Shown here one piece after another: positions 53,993 to 63,444 of a stretch of 64,000 bases of DNA (its first letter is position 1; each line of letters begins with the position of its first letter). A program made the translations under genes and the position numbers. A model generated the notes under the pieces. The model saw only the letters and a list, made by a program, of their open reading frames with translations. It was not told the DNA's origin and searched no databases. Origin of the DNA: Methanomassiliicoccaceae archaeon UBA370 (GTDB lineage: Archaea > Thermoplasmatota > Thermoplasmata > Methanomassiliicoccales > Methanomethylophilaceae); NCBI GenBank assembly GCA_002505345.1, contig DAUY01000016.1:50374-114373 (forward strand), in the 5' to 3' direction.

Positions 53993-56238
53993 CTTACGCC
54001 GGCACCGTCCTTGATCTCGCTATCGACGGTGGCCACGCTGCCGTTTCCGTCGCTGAGCAGGACCGTTTCTTCGCCGTCGAAGACAGCGGCGGCCCTGAGG
54101 GGGCACCCTTCTGCGGACCCCAGCTTCCTGGAGCCTGCGACGAACATGCCGTCCTTGACCGTCGAGACTTTCAGGACGGCCTTCTGGAAGTCCTTGTACT
54201 CGATACGCGAGGAGGACGAATCCATGCCGGACGAGAACTTCGTTCCGTTGGGGACCTCCTTCGAAGGGGTCAGCAGGAGGACCGCGTTTCCGCCCATGTC
54301 CTCGTCGTCAGCGGCAAGCAGCATGCCCGAGGACATGACCCCGCGCAGCTTCGCCGGTTTGAGGTTGGAAACCACAAGGACCCTGCGACCCAGCATCTTC
54401 TCTCTGGGATAGTAGGCCTTGAGCCCCGCCACGATCTGCCTCGGAGACTCTTCTCCTATGTCCACGTTCAGCAGGTACAGCTTGTCCGCGTCCGGATGGT
54501 CCTGGACGCTGACCACCGTTCCCGCCCTTAGGTCCAGCTTCCTGAAGTCGGCGAACGGACCGGATATCTCCGGTTCTGCGGCGGGCGCCTTGTGGACCTT
54601 CTCCTTTTCATCCTCGAACTCGACCTTCTTGTAAACGGGGACCGGCTCCGGCATGGGGGTTCCGGCGGGAAGCGGTGCGGCAAGGCCTCTGTATCCGCAT
54701 TCCTCTATGGTGCCTCCAACCCCCAGATATTCCCATATCTTCTCCGACGAACGGGGCATGAACGGCCACGACATGACCGCCAGCGCCTTGACGATGCGGA
54801 GATTGGTGTTCATTACCCTTCCGCATGCATCCCTGTCGCTCTTCACCAGTGCCCAGGGCTTGGAGGAATCGAAATACTTGTTCGCGAAATGGGCCAAGTC
54901 CATCATCGACTTCAGCGCCTTCTTGAAATCGCATTTTGAAAGAAGCTCGCTGTATTCCTTGAACGTGGACCCGATCTTCTCCATGACCTCAGCCGACTCC
55001 TCGGACGGAGCGGCAGCGGGGATCGTACCGAAGTTCTTCTGGGTGAAGCTCAGGCACCTGTGGTAATAGTTCCCGAGGTCGGAGACCAGCTCGTTGTTGA
55101 CCTTGATCTTGAAATCCTCCCATGAGAAGTCGGAGTCATGGGTGTCCGGCATGTTGATCGACAGATAGTATCTGACCAGGTCCGCATCGTACTTCTCGAG
55201 GACGCTGGGCACATCGATCGCTCCTCCGCGGCTCTTGGAGAGCTTTCCGCCGCCGAACATGAGATACTCGTTGGCGGGTATGTCATAGGGGAGGTTCAGG
55301 CCGCCCTCGCCCATGAGTATGGCCGGCCAGATTATCGAATGGAACGGGATGTTGTCCTTGCCTATGAAATAGTAATGTTTGACCTCTGGGTCCTGCCAGA
55401 ACTCCTTCCAGTAGTCAGGCCTGCCGATGATCTTCGAGTACTCTATGGAGGCGCTGAGGTATCCTATGACCGCGTCGAACCAGACATAGATCACCTTCCC
55501 GTCCCATCCTTCCACGGGCACGGGCACTCCCCAGCTCATATCTCTGGTGATCGCCCTGTCGTTCAGGCCCTCGTTCAGCCAGTTCTGCGTGAAGGTCTTG
55601 ACGTTGGACCTCCAGTAGTCCTTCCCCGAGATATACTCCAGAAGCCTCTCCCTGAAAGCGCTCAGCTTCAGGAAGAAATGCTCCGTCTGCCTTACCTCGG
55701 GCACGTTGCCGCACTGTATGCAGTGGGGCTCCTTCAGGTCTCCCGGCTCGAACGTCGTGCCGCAGGAGTCGCACTGGTCGCTCCTGACGTCGACCGCGCC
55801 GCATGTGGGGCACACCCCCTCGACATAACGGTCGGGAAGGAACCTGCCGCAGTCGGCGCAATAATACTGGTCGGTCTGCTTGGTGTAAAGATATCCGTTG
55901 CCCAGAAGGTCCAGGAAGAGTTTCTGGACCACTTCGTAATGGGTATTGCAGTATGTCTTGTTGAAAAGGGAATACTCTATGCCCAGGTCCTCGATCGCCT
56001 TCTTGTTGATCTCATGGTACCTTTCGGCCACCGCCTGAGGAGTGGTGTGCTCTTTTTCGGCCGTGACGGTTATCGGGGTTCCGTGCTGGTCGGAACCGCC
56101 CACCATCAGGACCTCGTTGCCGGCAAGCCGGTTGTACCTGCTGAATATATCCGGCGGCAGAAGGGAACCGGCCACGTGTCCCAGGTGTATCTTTCCGTTT
56201 GCGTACGGCCAGGCGATGTTAATGCATACTTTTGACAT
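53989..56238 (-). CDS. metG: Methionine--tRNA ligase with C-terminal tRNA-binding (Trbp111/EMAP-like) domain and an extra tail
   Basis: The start is set at ATG 56238 (MSKVCINIAWPYANGKIHLGHVAG, HIGH-type motif). KMSKS-type KLSKSRG. Zn knuckles CPTCG, CDSCG and CIQCG. C-terminal DFRKLDLRAGTVVSV...DKLYLLNVDIG. Confidence 0.95.
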   Translation of the reverse strand: MSKVCINIAWPYANGKIHLGHVAGSLLPPDIFSRYNRLAGNEVLMVGGSDQHGTPITVTAEKEHTTPQAVAERYHEINKKAIEDLGIEYSLFNKTYCNTHYEVVQKLFLDLLGNGYLYTKQTDQYYCADCGRFLPDRYVEGVCPTCGAVDVRSDQCDSCGTTFEPGDLKEPHCIQCGNVPEVRQTEHFFLKLSAFRERLLEYISGKDYWRSNVKTFTQNWLNEGLNDRAITRDMSWGVPVPVEGWDGKVIYVWFDAVIGYLSASIEYSKIIGRPDYWKEFWQDPEVKHYYFIGKDNIPFHSIIWPAILMGEGGLNLPYDIPANEYLMFGGGKLSKSRGGAIDVPSVLEKYDADLVRYYLSINMPDTHDSDFSWEDFKIKVNNELVSDLGNYYHRCLSFTQKNFGTIPAAAPSEESAEVMEKIGSTFKEYSELLSKCDFKKALKSMMDLAHFANKYFDSSKPWALVKSDRDACGRVMNTNLRIVKALAVMSWPFMPRSSEKIWEYLGVGGTIEECGYRGLAAPLPAGTPMPEPVPVYKKVEFEDEKEKVHKAPAAEPEISGPFADFRKLDLRAGTVVSVQDHPDADKLYLLNVDIGEESPRQIVAGLKAYYPREKMLGRRVLVVSNLKPAKLRGVMSSGMLLAADDEDMGGNAVLLLTPSKEVPNGTKFSSGMDSSSSRIEYKDFQKAVLKVSTVKDGMFVAGSRKLGSAEGCPLRAAAVFDGEETVLLSDGNGSVATVDSEIKDGAGVR

Positions 56239-56295
56239 GTTACTGCCTCGCAATGCTCTGCTACCTATAAATAAATCGACAGAAAGTCGTGTCCA

Positions 56296-57702
56296 TCATA
56301 CCGTCTGTTCTTCCTTGGGATGATATTTCCTGGCATGCTTCATGAAGTTGCCGAGAACGCTCTCGCCCCATAGCCCCGCCAGCAGGGAACCGATTATCTC
56401 TCCCAGAGCGACGCCGAGCCAGATGTAGCCTAGGTTGCCGCCTACTCCGAAAAGGAATATGCACAGAGGGATCTGGACCAGGTTCCTTACAAGCGTGGAG
56501 ATGAGCGATTTGGTCCCCATGCCGAGGGATTGGAAGAGGGCCGACGCTGTGGCGCCCCAGCTGGCGAACGGCAGGAATATGCATCCGAAGTGCAGGAGGG
56601 CCACCATCTCGGCGCGGAGATGCAACGTGGCCTCGGTGTACGTGAATATCATCGCCATATATTGGGCCGTCAAGGCGGTTACGATGCTTATCACTATCAT
56701 GATCACGACGACCAGCTTCAGGGTGTAACGGTACGCCTCCCTCACGCGGTCGAAACGCCTGGCTCCGAACGCGGCCGCACATACGGGCACCATCGCCCCT
56801 CCGGTGGCCATAAGCGGTATCATCAGTATGCTTATGATGCGCCAGCTGCTGGTATAGATCGCGACCGCATCGTCTCCGCCGGCTCCGATGAGTATGATGT
56901 TCATCACTATTGAGACGAGGGAGATGATCATCATTTCCAGGCTTGCGGGGATCCCCACTCTGAAGATCATCCTGTCGATCTTCCTGTCGAACCTGAATCC
57001 TTTCAGAGATAGCTTGAGATAGGTGTCGTTCTTGACCTTGAACCAGTAAAGTGCCACACTGAGCCCTATGAACATCGAGACCACGGTTCCAGCGGCCGCT
57101 CCCGCGATCCCCCACCCCAGCCCGAAGCCGAAAGGCTGGTAGATGAAGAACGGATCTATCACTAGGTTGATGCATGCTGTCAGCACCTGGATGAACATCG
57201 ACCTTTTGGCGGCGCCTTCAGACCTGAGCAGGTTCGAGAACAGGCTGCTGAGCATCACTATCGGCGAAAACAACACGATAGGCAGGGCATACTCGTAGCA
57301 TTCGTCGATGATGTTCCCTCCTCCCATCAGCACCAGGAGGGGGCGGAGGAATATGCCTAGCACGACCGCTATTATCACCGAAGCTATTATCGTAAGCATT
57401 ATGGCCTGGGCGGCGGACTTGTCTGCTCCCTGCTTATCGCCCATCCCTATGTGGAGGGCGACGGTCTGTGAGGCCCCCACGCCGATACCGTTACCAACGG
57501 CGAGGATTATGAAGAATACGGGGAACACGAGGCCGACGGCGGCCAGCGCGCTTGGGCCCAGCCCGGCCACCCAGACCGAGTTGATGATGCTGTTAAGGCT
57601 CTGGAAGGTCATAGCTATGATGACTGGGACCATCATCAGTACTATCGCCCTTTTGGGGTCGCCGAGCAATTTTTCCACATCTTTGGTCATCCCTTCGCCC
57701 AT
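56296..57702 (-). CDS. MATE family efflux transporter (paralog 1)
   Basis: The start is set at ATG 57702 (MGEGMTKDVEKLLGDPKRAIVLMMVPVIIAMTFQ). 12-TM-type sequence. A TATA-like TAATATAT (minus strand) lies at 57724-57731. Confidence 0.9.
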   Translation of the reverse strand: MGEGMTKDVEKLLGDPKRAIVLMMVPVIIAMTFQSLNSIINSVWVAGLGPSALAAVGLVFPVFFIILAVGNGIGVGASQTVALHIGMGDKQGADKSAAQAIMLTIIASVIIAVVLGIFLRPLLVLMGGGNIIDECYEYALPIVLFSPIVMLSSLFSNLLRSEGAAKRSMFIQVLTACINLVIDPFFIYQPFGFGLGWGIAGAAAGTVVSMFIGLSVALYWFKVKNDTYLKLSLKGFRFDRKIDRMIFRVGIPASLEMMIISLVSIVMNIILIGAGGDDAVAIYTSSWRIISILMIPLMATGGAMVPVCAAAFGARRFDRVREAYRYTLKLVVVIMIVISIVTALTAQYMAMIFTYTEATLHLRAEMVALLHFGCIFLPFASWGATASALFQSLGMGTKSLISTLVRNLVQIPLCIFLFGVGGNLGYIWLGVALGEIIGSLLAGLWGESVLGNFMKHARKYHPKEEQTV

Positions 57703-57728
57703 GAAACGGGCTAATTCGATGACATATA

Positions 57729-59039
57729 TTAGAGTTGCGAAATCGGTTTTCGAACAACGGAAACACGTCTGAAAAGGAGCAGCCCGACGGCCAGCGTGAC
57801 GAAGCCGAAGACGATCTCGGTGACCGTCATCCCCCACCACATGTAGGATGCGATACCGAATACGGAAAGAGATGCGTAGACGGCGGCGATCGCAGAGTTT
57901 CTTACGATCGTCAGCGTCAGCGACGTTGTACCGCGCCCCATCGACTGCAACAGCGCCGACGTCGCGTTTATAAGAGAGAACGCCGGGAAGAAGAGCGTGC
58001 AGACGACCAGCATGTCCGTCATGTACGGCCTCAGCCTCGCAGAGTCGTCAGACAGGATCATGAGGTCGGCGAGGTAAGGTGCCAGAACGGCGGTCAGGAC
58101 CGCTATGGCCGCCATAACGGCTATTGACAGCTTCAGCCCGTAGAAGAAGGCCCCACGGACCCTGGCAGGGTCCCCCATGCCGAAGGAGGCCGAGAGTATG
58201 GGGACCAGTGCGAAACCTATGGCCTGCGCCGGGACCATCATTATCGTCGCCACCCTCCAGGTTATCTCGAAGACCGCGACCAGGTCCGTGCCCCCGGCGA
58301 AAGATATGGAACGTACGAAGAACACGGACATAAGGGAGATTATGACAAGCTCCGCGGTCTGCGGGACGCCCACTTCGGATATCGACCTGACTTCGGGGCG
58401 GGTGAACCTGAAGCCGATAAAAGAGATCGGCACGAGAACATCTTTCCTTACGGCATACCAGTACACGGCAGGTATCATCGATATCGCCGAGGAAACCACG
58501 GTCGCATATGCGGCTCCGGCGATCCCCATGTCGAACCAGTAGATGAAAACGGGGTCGAGGACCATGTTGAAGATTGCCGCCGTCACAAGTATGGCCGTGG
58601 ATCTTTTCGCCGCGCCTTCGCCCCTCAGACATCCTGACAGCACCCCTCCCATCATCAGAAGGGGAGCTGATAGTATGACGGGATAGGCATAATCGGTGCA
58701 AAGTGCCAGTATATCTCCGGCGCCCATATAGTCCATGAGCGGCACTACCGTGACGACCAGCAAAATGAGTGATGCGGCTCCGGCGGCGATCGTCATCATC
58801 AGCGACTGGGAGGCCGCCTTGGACGCAGAATCGGATTCCCCCGCGCCTATCCTCTTCGAGATGGCATAGGATGCCCCCGTGCCTATGCCGTTGCCGATGC
58901 TGATTATTGCCATGTATACCGGAGTGACGATGCTGACGGCCGCCAGGGCGTCGGCCCCGAGACCGGAGACCCAGAACATGTCCGCCACGCTGTTGAAGTA
59001 CTGGACGAGGAGTGCCAGTGCAATTGGGAACGCCATCAT
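57729..59039 (-). CDS. MATE family efflux transporter (paralog 2); true start possibly CTG at 59090
   Basis: 436 aa from ATG 59039. The 17 in-frame codons upstream encode LTDSSDNILGDPRKAVF, collinear with MTKDVEKLLGDPKRAIV of paralog 1. The CTG at 59090-59088 is preceded by GGGAGGT at 7-nt spacing. An in-frame TGA lies at 59108-59106. Confidence 0.85.
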   Translation of the reverse strand: MMAFPIALALLVQYFNSVADMFWVSGLGADALAAVSIVTPVYMAIISIGNGIGTGASYAISKRIGAGESDSASKAASQSLMMTIAAGAASLILLVVTVVPLMDYMGAGDILALCTDYAYPVILSAPLLMMGGVLSGCLRGEGAAKRSTAILVTAAIFNMVLDPVFIYWFDMGIAGAAYATVVSSAISMIPAVYWYAVRKDVLVPISFIGFRFTRPEVRSISEVGVPQTAELVIISLMSVFFVRSISFAGGTDLVAVFEITWRVATIMMVPAQAIGFALVPILSASFGMGDPARVRGAFFYGLKLSIAVMAAIAVLTAVLAPYLADLMILSDDSARLRPYMTDMLVVCTLFFPAFSLINATSALLQSMGRGTTSLTLTIVRNSAIAAVYASLSVFGIASYMWWGMTVTEIVFGFVTLAVGLLLFRRVSVVRKPISQL

Positions 59040-59136
59040 AAAGACGGCTTTGCGGGGGTCGCCCAGAATATTATCGGATGAATCCGTCAGATGCGGGACC
59101 TCCCTTCATACATGTGACCTCAATGGCTCCGGCAGA

Positions 59137-60525
59137 TTATAATTTTCGGGATATGCCCTTTGAACGTTCGAACGAACCTAGCTTCCACAGTGCCAGCGAA
59201 AGCATGATCAGCCCTCCTACGATCTCTCCCCCGGTAAGGGACCACCATAGGGAATCGGGGGTCCCTATCAGATGGGCGGCCAAAGCGAAAAGGACCACGA
59301 GCATGACGTTCCTTATGAAAGACGAAGCCAGCGCTATATTGGCATTCTCCAGCGACTGCAACAGGGAGGAACCCGTGAATATGAGCGACATGACGGGCAC
59401 CATTATGCAGAAAACGCGGATCATGTGGGTCATTTCACCCCTTATGGGAGCGAATCCCTGTTCATAGGTGAACGCGGAGGCTGCCAGTCCCGCGGCGATG
59501 AAGAGGACCACAGCAAGCACGGACAGCATCTCGACGGTCTTCCTTACCCCGTAGTAATAGGTCTTGCGGATCTTTGTGTACTGCTCTGCTCCGTACTGGG
59601 CAGAACATACTGAGACGATCGCTCCCCCGACGGCCTGTGCAGGGATCATCAGCAGATATACGGCCCTCCACCCCGTAGAGTACATCGCGACGCCCACTGT
59701 GCCTGCCACTGCTATAACGAAGAAATTGAGGAACACGTTGAATATGTTCATGACCGAAAGCTCGGTCGCCTCGGGGAGACCTACTTTCAGAACGCTCTTC
59801 ATCTCCGGGGGGCTGAACTTCAGGTCCGACCTTCCGATCTTCAGGTACATGTCCTTCTTGACGAAGTACCAGTAGAACGCCAGCATGATGGAGGAGCCGA
59901 ACGCTATGACAGTTGCCCATGCTGCTCCGGCAACTCCCATTCCCAGCCCGTAGATGAGGATCGGGTCCATGATTATGTTGACTACGGCGGAAAGAAGCTG
60001 TATGTACATCGAGCGCTTGGCCGCACCTTCGCCGCGGATCATGCCGGTGACTATTCCATTCAATATTATGACGAAAGTTGCAATATAAAGCGGCGTGGCA
60101 TATTCGACGCACAGGTCCAATATCTCGCCGCCTCCGAACAGCACTATGGACGGCTCCATGGTGACCAGCAGGATCGGTGTGAGAATCACAGAGACCATCA
60201 CAGAAAGCAGGATGGACTGGCCCGCCTTCGTGCCGGCTTCCTTCCTCCTGTTATGCCCGATGCTTCTGGCTATCGCGGAAGAAGCACCGATCCCCAGCCC
60301 GCTTCCGATGCCCATGACCGTGGCGAAAACCGGGTATACTATGCTTATTGAAGCCATCGGGTCCGCCCCCAGGCCCGCGACCCAGAACGTGTCTACGAGT
60401 ATGTTGATATGCTGTATCGCAAGAGCCACGGCTATCGGTATGGAGAGATGCCTTATCGCCCTCCTGTAGTCGCCCGTAAGTATCCTGACGTCCTCGGTGG
60501 TCCCATCCGCTTCGGCCATGCCCAT
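59137..60525 (-). CDS. MATE family efflux transporter (paralog 3)
   Basis: 462 aa. The N-terminus ...ILTGDYRRAIRHLSIPIAVALAIQ is collinear with the other two. Confidence 0.9.
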   Translation of the reverse strand: MGMAEADGTTEDVRILTGDYRRAIRHLSIPIAVALAIQHINILVDTFWVAGLGADPMASISIVYPVFATVMGIGSGLGIGASSAIARSIGHNRRKEAGTKAGQSILLSVMVSVILTPILLVTMEPSIVLFGGGEILDLCVEYATPLYIATFVIILNGIVTGMIRGEGAAKRSMYIQLLSAVVNIIMDPILIYGLGMGVAGAAWATVIAFGSSIMLAFYWYFVKKDMYLKIGRSDLKFSPPEMKSVLKVGLPEATELSVMNIFNVFLNFFVIAVAGTVGVAMYSTGWRAVYLLMIPAQAVGGAIVSVCSAQYGAEQYTKIRKTYYYGVRKTVEMLSVLAVVLFIAAGLAASAFTYEQGFAPIRGEMTHMIRVFCIMVPVMSLIFTGSSLLQSLENANIALASSFIRNVMLVVLFALAAHLIGTPDSLWWSLTGGEIVGGLIMLSLALWKLGSFERSKGISRKL

Positions 60526-60603
60526 CTGTCTCCGTCTTCCCTTATCAGCTTATCTGCGATACCATCCTTAAAGGTTATATCTTAAATCGGTCTAAGCGGG
60601 GAC

Positions 60604-62370
60604 ATGCGTATTGCGGCCGTCCTGCAGGACAGATGCCAGAACAGAAAATGCAACAAGGAATGCTATAAGTTCTGCCCGTTGGTCAGAACGGGCGTGGAAT
60701 GCATAGTGTTCGGCGAGAGGGGCAAGCCCATCATATCCGAATCCCTGTGCCAGGGATGCGGGATATGCGTCAACAAATGCCAGTTCGACGCCATAAAGAT
60801 CATAGGCCTGGCCGACGAGCTGAAGACGGAGATGGTCCACCAGTACGGCGAGAACGCCTTCCGCCTCTATAGGCTCCCGGTGCCGAAGAAAGGCATGGTC
60901 ACGGGCATACTTGGACCGAACGGGATCGGAAAATCCACGGCGATCAAGATACTTTCCGGGGAACTCGTCCCCAACCTGGGCAACTATGAGAAACCTCCAT
61001 CCAAAGAGGAAGTGCTGCAGCACTACGACGGTACCGAGGTCAAATCCTATCTCACGGACGTCTACGCCGGCAAGGTGAGGACGGCCATAAAGCCACAGTA
61101 CGTGGACCTCATACCCAAAGCCGCATCGGGGCCCGTGAAGGACCTGCTTTCCGGCATAAAAGGCCGCCTGACACTCGAGGAGGCCGCCATCATGTTCGAG
61201 CTGACCGAGCTTCTGGACAGGGATATAAAGAAACTTTCAGGAGGAGAGCTTCAGAGGGTCGCCATGGCTGCCACGGTCATGAAGGACGCGGACGTATACT
61301 TCTTCGACGAGCCCACCTCGTACCTTGACATCTACCAGAGGATCAGGATGGCACGCATCATCAAAGAACTCAGCGCAGAAAAGCAGGTGGTCGTGATAGA
61401 ACACGATCTTGCCATACTCGATTTCCTCGCCGACATCGTCAGCGTTGTATACGGTACCGAGGGGGCGTACGGCGTGTTCACTCTTGCAAGACAGGTCAGG
61501 ACCGCCATAAACGTATATCTGGACGGTTACCTTCCCGAAGAGAATATCCGTTTCAGGGATAGGCCGATAGAGTTCTTCGCGTCTCCTCCCAGGAGCGACT
61601 GGGTCACTTCCGACCTGCTTTCCTTCGAGGGCCTGTCCAAGGACTTCGGAGAGTTCACTTTGGATGTCGTCGGCGGTTCCATAAAGATGGGGGAATCCGT
61701 CGGGGTCGTCGGTCCCAACGCCACAGGAAAGACCACTTTCGTAAAGATGCTGGCCGGAGAGATCCCTCCAGACGGCGGCAAGATAGACGCAAAGGTCAAA
61801 GTAGCCTACAAGCCCCAGTACATCACCGGGGACTTCGACGGCACGGTAAGGGACATGCTCTACCGCAAGGACTACGACAGGGTCACGTCCAGCTTCTTCG
61901 AGGGCGAGGTCATCGAGCCGCTCAGCGTCAAGTACCTCATGGATAAACAGGTCTCCAACCTTTCGGGAGGAGAGCTTCAGAGAGTGGCCATAACCATGTG
62001 CCTGCTTTCCGACGCGGACATCTACCTCTTCGACGAGCCTTCCGCCTATCTGGATTCCAACCAGAGGATGAACGCCGCAAAGACCATCCGCAGAATGATG
62101 GAGAAATCGGGGCGCAGCGGGATGATAGTCGACCACGACATCTACTTCCTGGACATGGTCTCCGATTCCATGATGGTATTCGGCGGCGACCCGGGCCATC
62201 ACGGTATCGGAGAAGGCCCCTACGACATGAGGGACGGAATGAACAAGTTCCTGACCGCGGTGGACATCACCTTCAGAAGAGATGCCGAAAGCCACAGGCC
62301 CAGGATCAACAAGCCGGACTCCAGGCTCGACAGGGAGCAGAAGTCCAACGGAGAGTACTACTACTCCTGA
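60604..62370 (+). CDS. abce1: ABCE1 / RNase L inhibitor-type ribosome recycling ATPase
   Basis: 588 aa. N-terminal FeS domain (CNKECYKFCP, CQGCGICVNKC). Two ABC cassettes (GPNGIGKST, GPNATGKTT; LSGGELQRV twice). Confidence 0.95.
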   Translation: MRIAAVLQDRCQNRKCNKECYKFCPLVRTGVECIVFGERGKPIISESLCQGCGICVNKCQFDAIKIIGLADELKTEMVHQYGENAFRLYRLPVPKKGMVTGILGPNGIGKSTAIKILSGELVPNLGNYEKPPSKEEVLQHYDGTEVKSYLTDVYAGKVRTAIKPQYVDLIPKAASGPVKDLLSGIKGRLTLEEAAIMFELTELLDRDIKKLSGGELQRVAMAATVMKDADVYFFDEPTSYLDIYQRIRMARIIKELSAEKQVVVIEHDLAILDFLADIVSVVYGTEGAYGVFTLARQVRTAINVYLDGYLPEENIRFRDRPIEFFASPPRSDWVTSDLLSFEGLSKDFGEFTLDVVGGSIKMGESVGVVGPNATGKTTFVKMLAGEIPPDGGKIDAKVKVAYKPQYITGDFDGTVRDMLYRKDYDRVTSSFFEGEVIEPLSVKYLMDKQVSNLSGGELQRVAITMCLLSDADIYLFDEPSAYLDSNQRMNAAKTIRRMMEKSGRSGMIVDHDIYFLDMVSDSMMVFGGDPGHHGIGEGPYDMRDGMNKFLTAVDITFRRDAESHRPRINKPDSRLDREQKSNGEYYYS

Positions 62371-63333
62371 TCAGAACATTCCTCCGGTCAGCTGCGGGAA
62401 CACTACCATCGACAGGATATATGCCGCATATACCGAGAACAGCACCGCACCCTCTTTCCTGTCTATCCTGTCGCGATGTCTCACGAATATGAACACCAGC
62501 AGTGCCAGGATCACCATTACTGGAATGTGGAACATCATTGTCTCGTTCCTTATGGGTATGTCTGAGAACAGGGCTCCGATCCCCAATGCGAAGAAAGTGT
62601 TGAAAACTATGCTTCCGACTATGTTGCTTACCACCAGCTCGTCCTCGCGGCGGTATGCGGCCATTAGGCAGATGCATATCTCCGGAAGCGCCGAGCCGAG
62701 GGCCACGAGTATCAGGCCTATCATAAGGTCCGATGCGCCTGAAATCTCCGCGAGTCGTACGGCGCCACCGACGAACCAGTCCGCACCGAAATAAAGGGCG
62801 GCCATGCCAACGACGATCAGAAGCAGGCATAAGGCGGCGGAGACGTTGGAATCTTCCGTTTCTTCCTCACCTTCGGCCGTGCGGGCCTCTTTTACCTTGA
62901 CCTTGTATACCGAAAAAATGAAAACCAAAAGAAGTGCCAGCAATACAATTCCGTCTATGAAGCCTATTATCCCGTTGAGGGAAAGCGCCAAAATCGCCAA
63001 CACGGCGACCATCATGGCGGACATCTCGAACCTGATCTCGGCGAACTTGCAAGCAATCGGACTTATCACCGCGGCCAGACCTATCGCGAGCCCGGCGTTG
63101 GCCGAGTTGCTTCCTACGATGTTTCCGATTATTATCTCCGGATTGCCGCCGCTGACAAGGGACGTTATCGCCTCGGGCGCGGAGGAGCCTATGGCTACGA
63201 TGGTCAGTCCGACGACGAAAGGGGTCACGCCCAGACGGATCGCGAGTTTCTTAGCCCCGTCGACCATCGCCTCCGAACCGATGTAAAGCAGCACTATTCC
63301 GACAGGGATCCCCAGCAGCGCCCATTCCGCCAT
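62371..63333 (-). CDS. Ca2+/cation antiporter (CaCA, YrbG-like)
   Basis: 320 aa with two alpha-repeats, GSSAPEAITS and GSALPEICI. Confidence 0.88.
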   Translation of the reverse strand: MAEWALLGIPVGIVLLYIGSEAMVDGAKKLAIRLGVTPFVVGLTIVAIGSSAPEAITSLVSGGNPEIIIGNIVGSNSANAGLAIGLAAVISPIACKFAEIRFEMSAMMVAVLAILALSLNGIIGFIDGIVLLALLLVFIFSVYKVKVKEARTAEGEEETEDSNVSAALCLLLIVVGMAALYFGADWFVGGAVRLAEISGASDLMIGLILVALGSALPEICICLMAAYRREDELVVSNIVGSIVFNTFFALGIGALFSDIPIRNETMMFHIPVMVILALLVFIFVRHRDRIDRKEGAVLFSVYAAYILSMVVFPQLTGGMF

Positions 63334-63444
63334 GTCTTTCCGAAAGCGATTCCGCCTATAAGCCTGTCTATTCCCGCCCCGAGTCGATACTGTTTTAGCC
63401 CGTTCCGATTAACTCTTATATGCATGGGATGTTGGGGTTACATT

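Noticed and set aside
19228-57840. N-terminal extensions of track ORFs 19228-20295, 22564-23664, 43243-44484, 48321-49787, 53989-56253 and 56296-57840.
   Set aside because: The extensions are Arg-rich or otherwise unlike the protein family. They overlap upstream genes or contain the gene's own TATA box. Internal ATGs give family-typical N-termini.
1722-62295. Long antisense or alternative-frame ORFs: 1722-2735(-), 3271-4374(-), 10032-11147(-), 14593-15396(-), 23796-24944(-), 36067-37188(+), 37460-38329(+), 39931-40881(-), 48447-49349(+), 55138-56235(+), 56261-57175(-), 61237-62295(-).
   Set aside because: Each lies fully inside a gene with clear family motifs on the other strand or frame. 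Their translations are Arg/Gly/His/Pro-rich low-complexity strings, typical of open shadow frames in GC-rich DNA.
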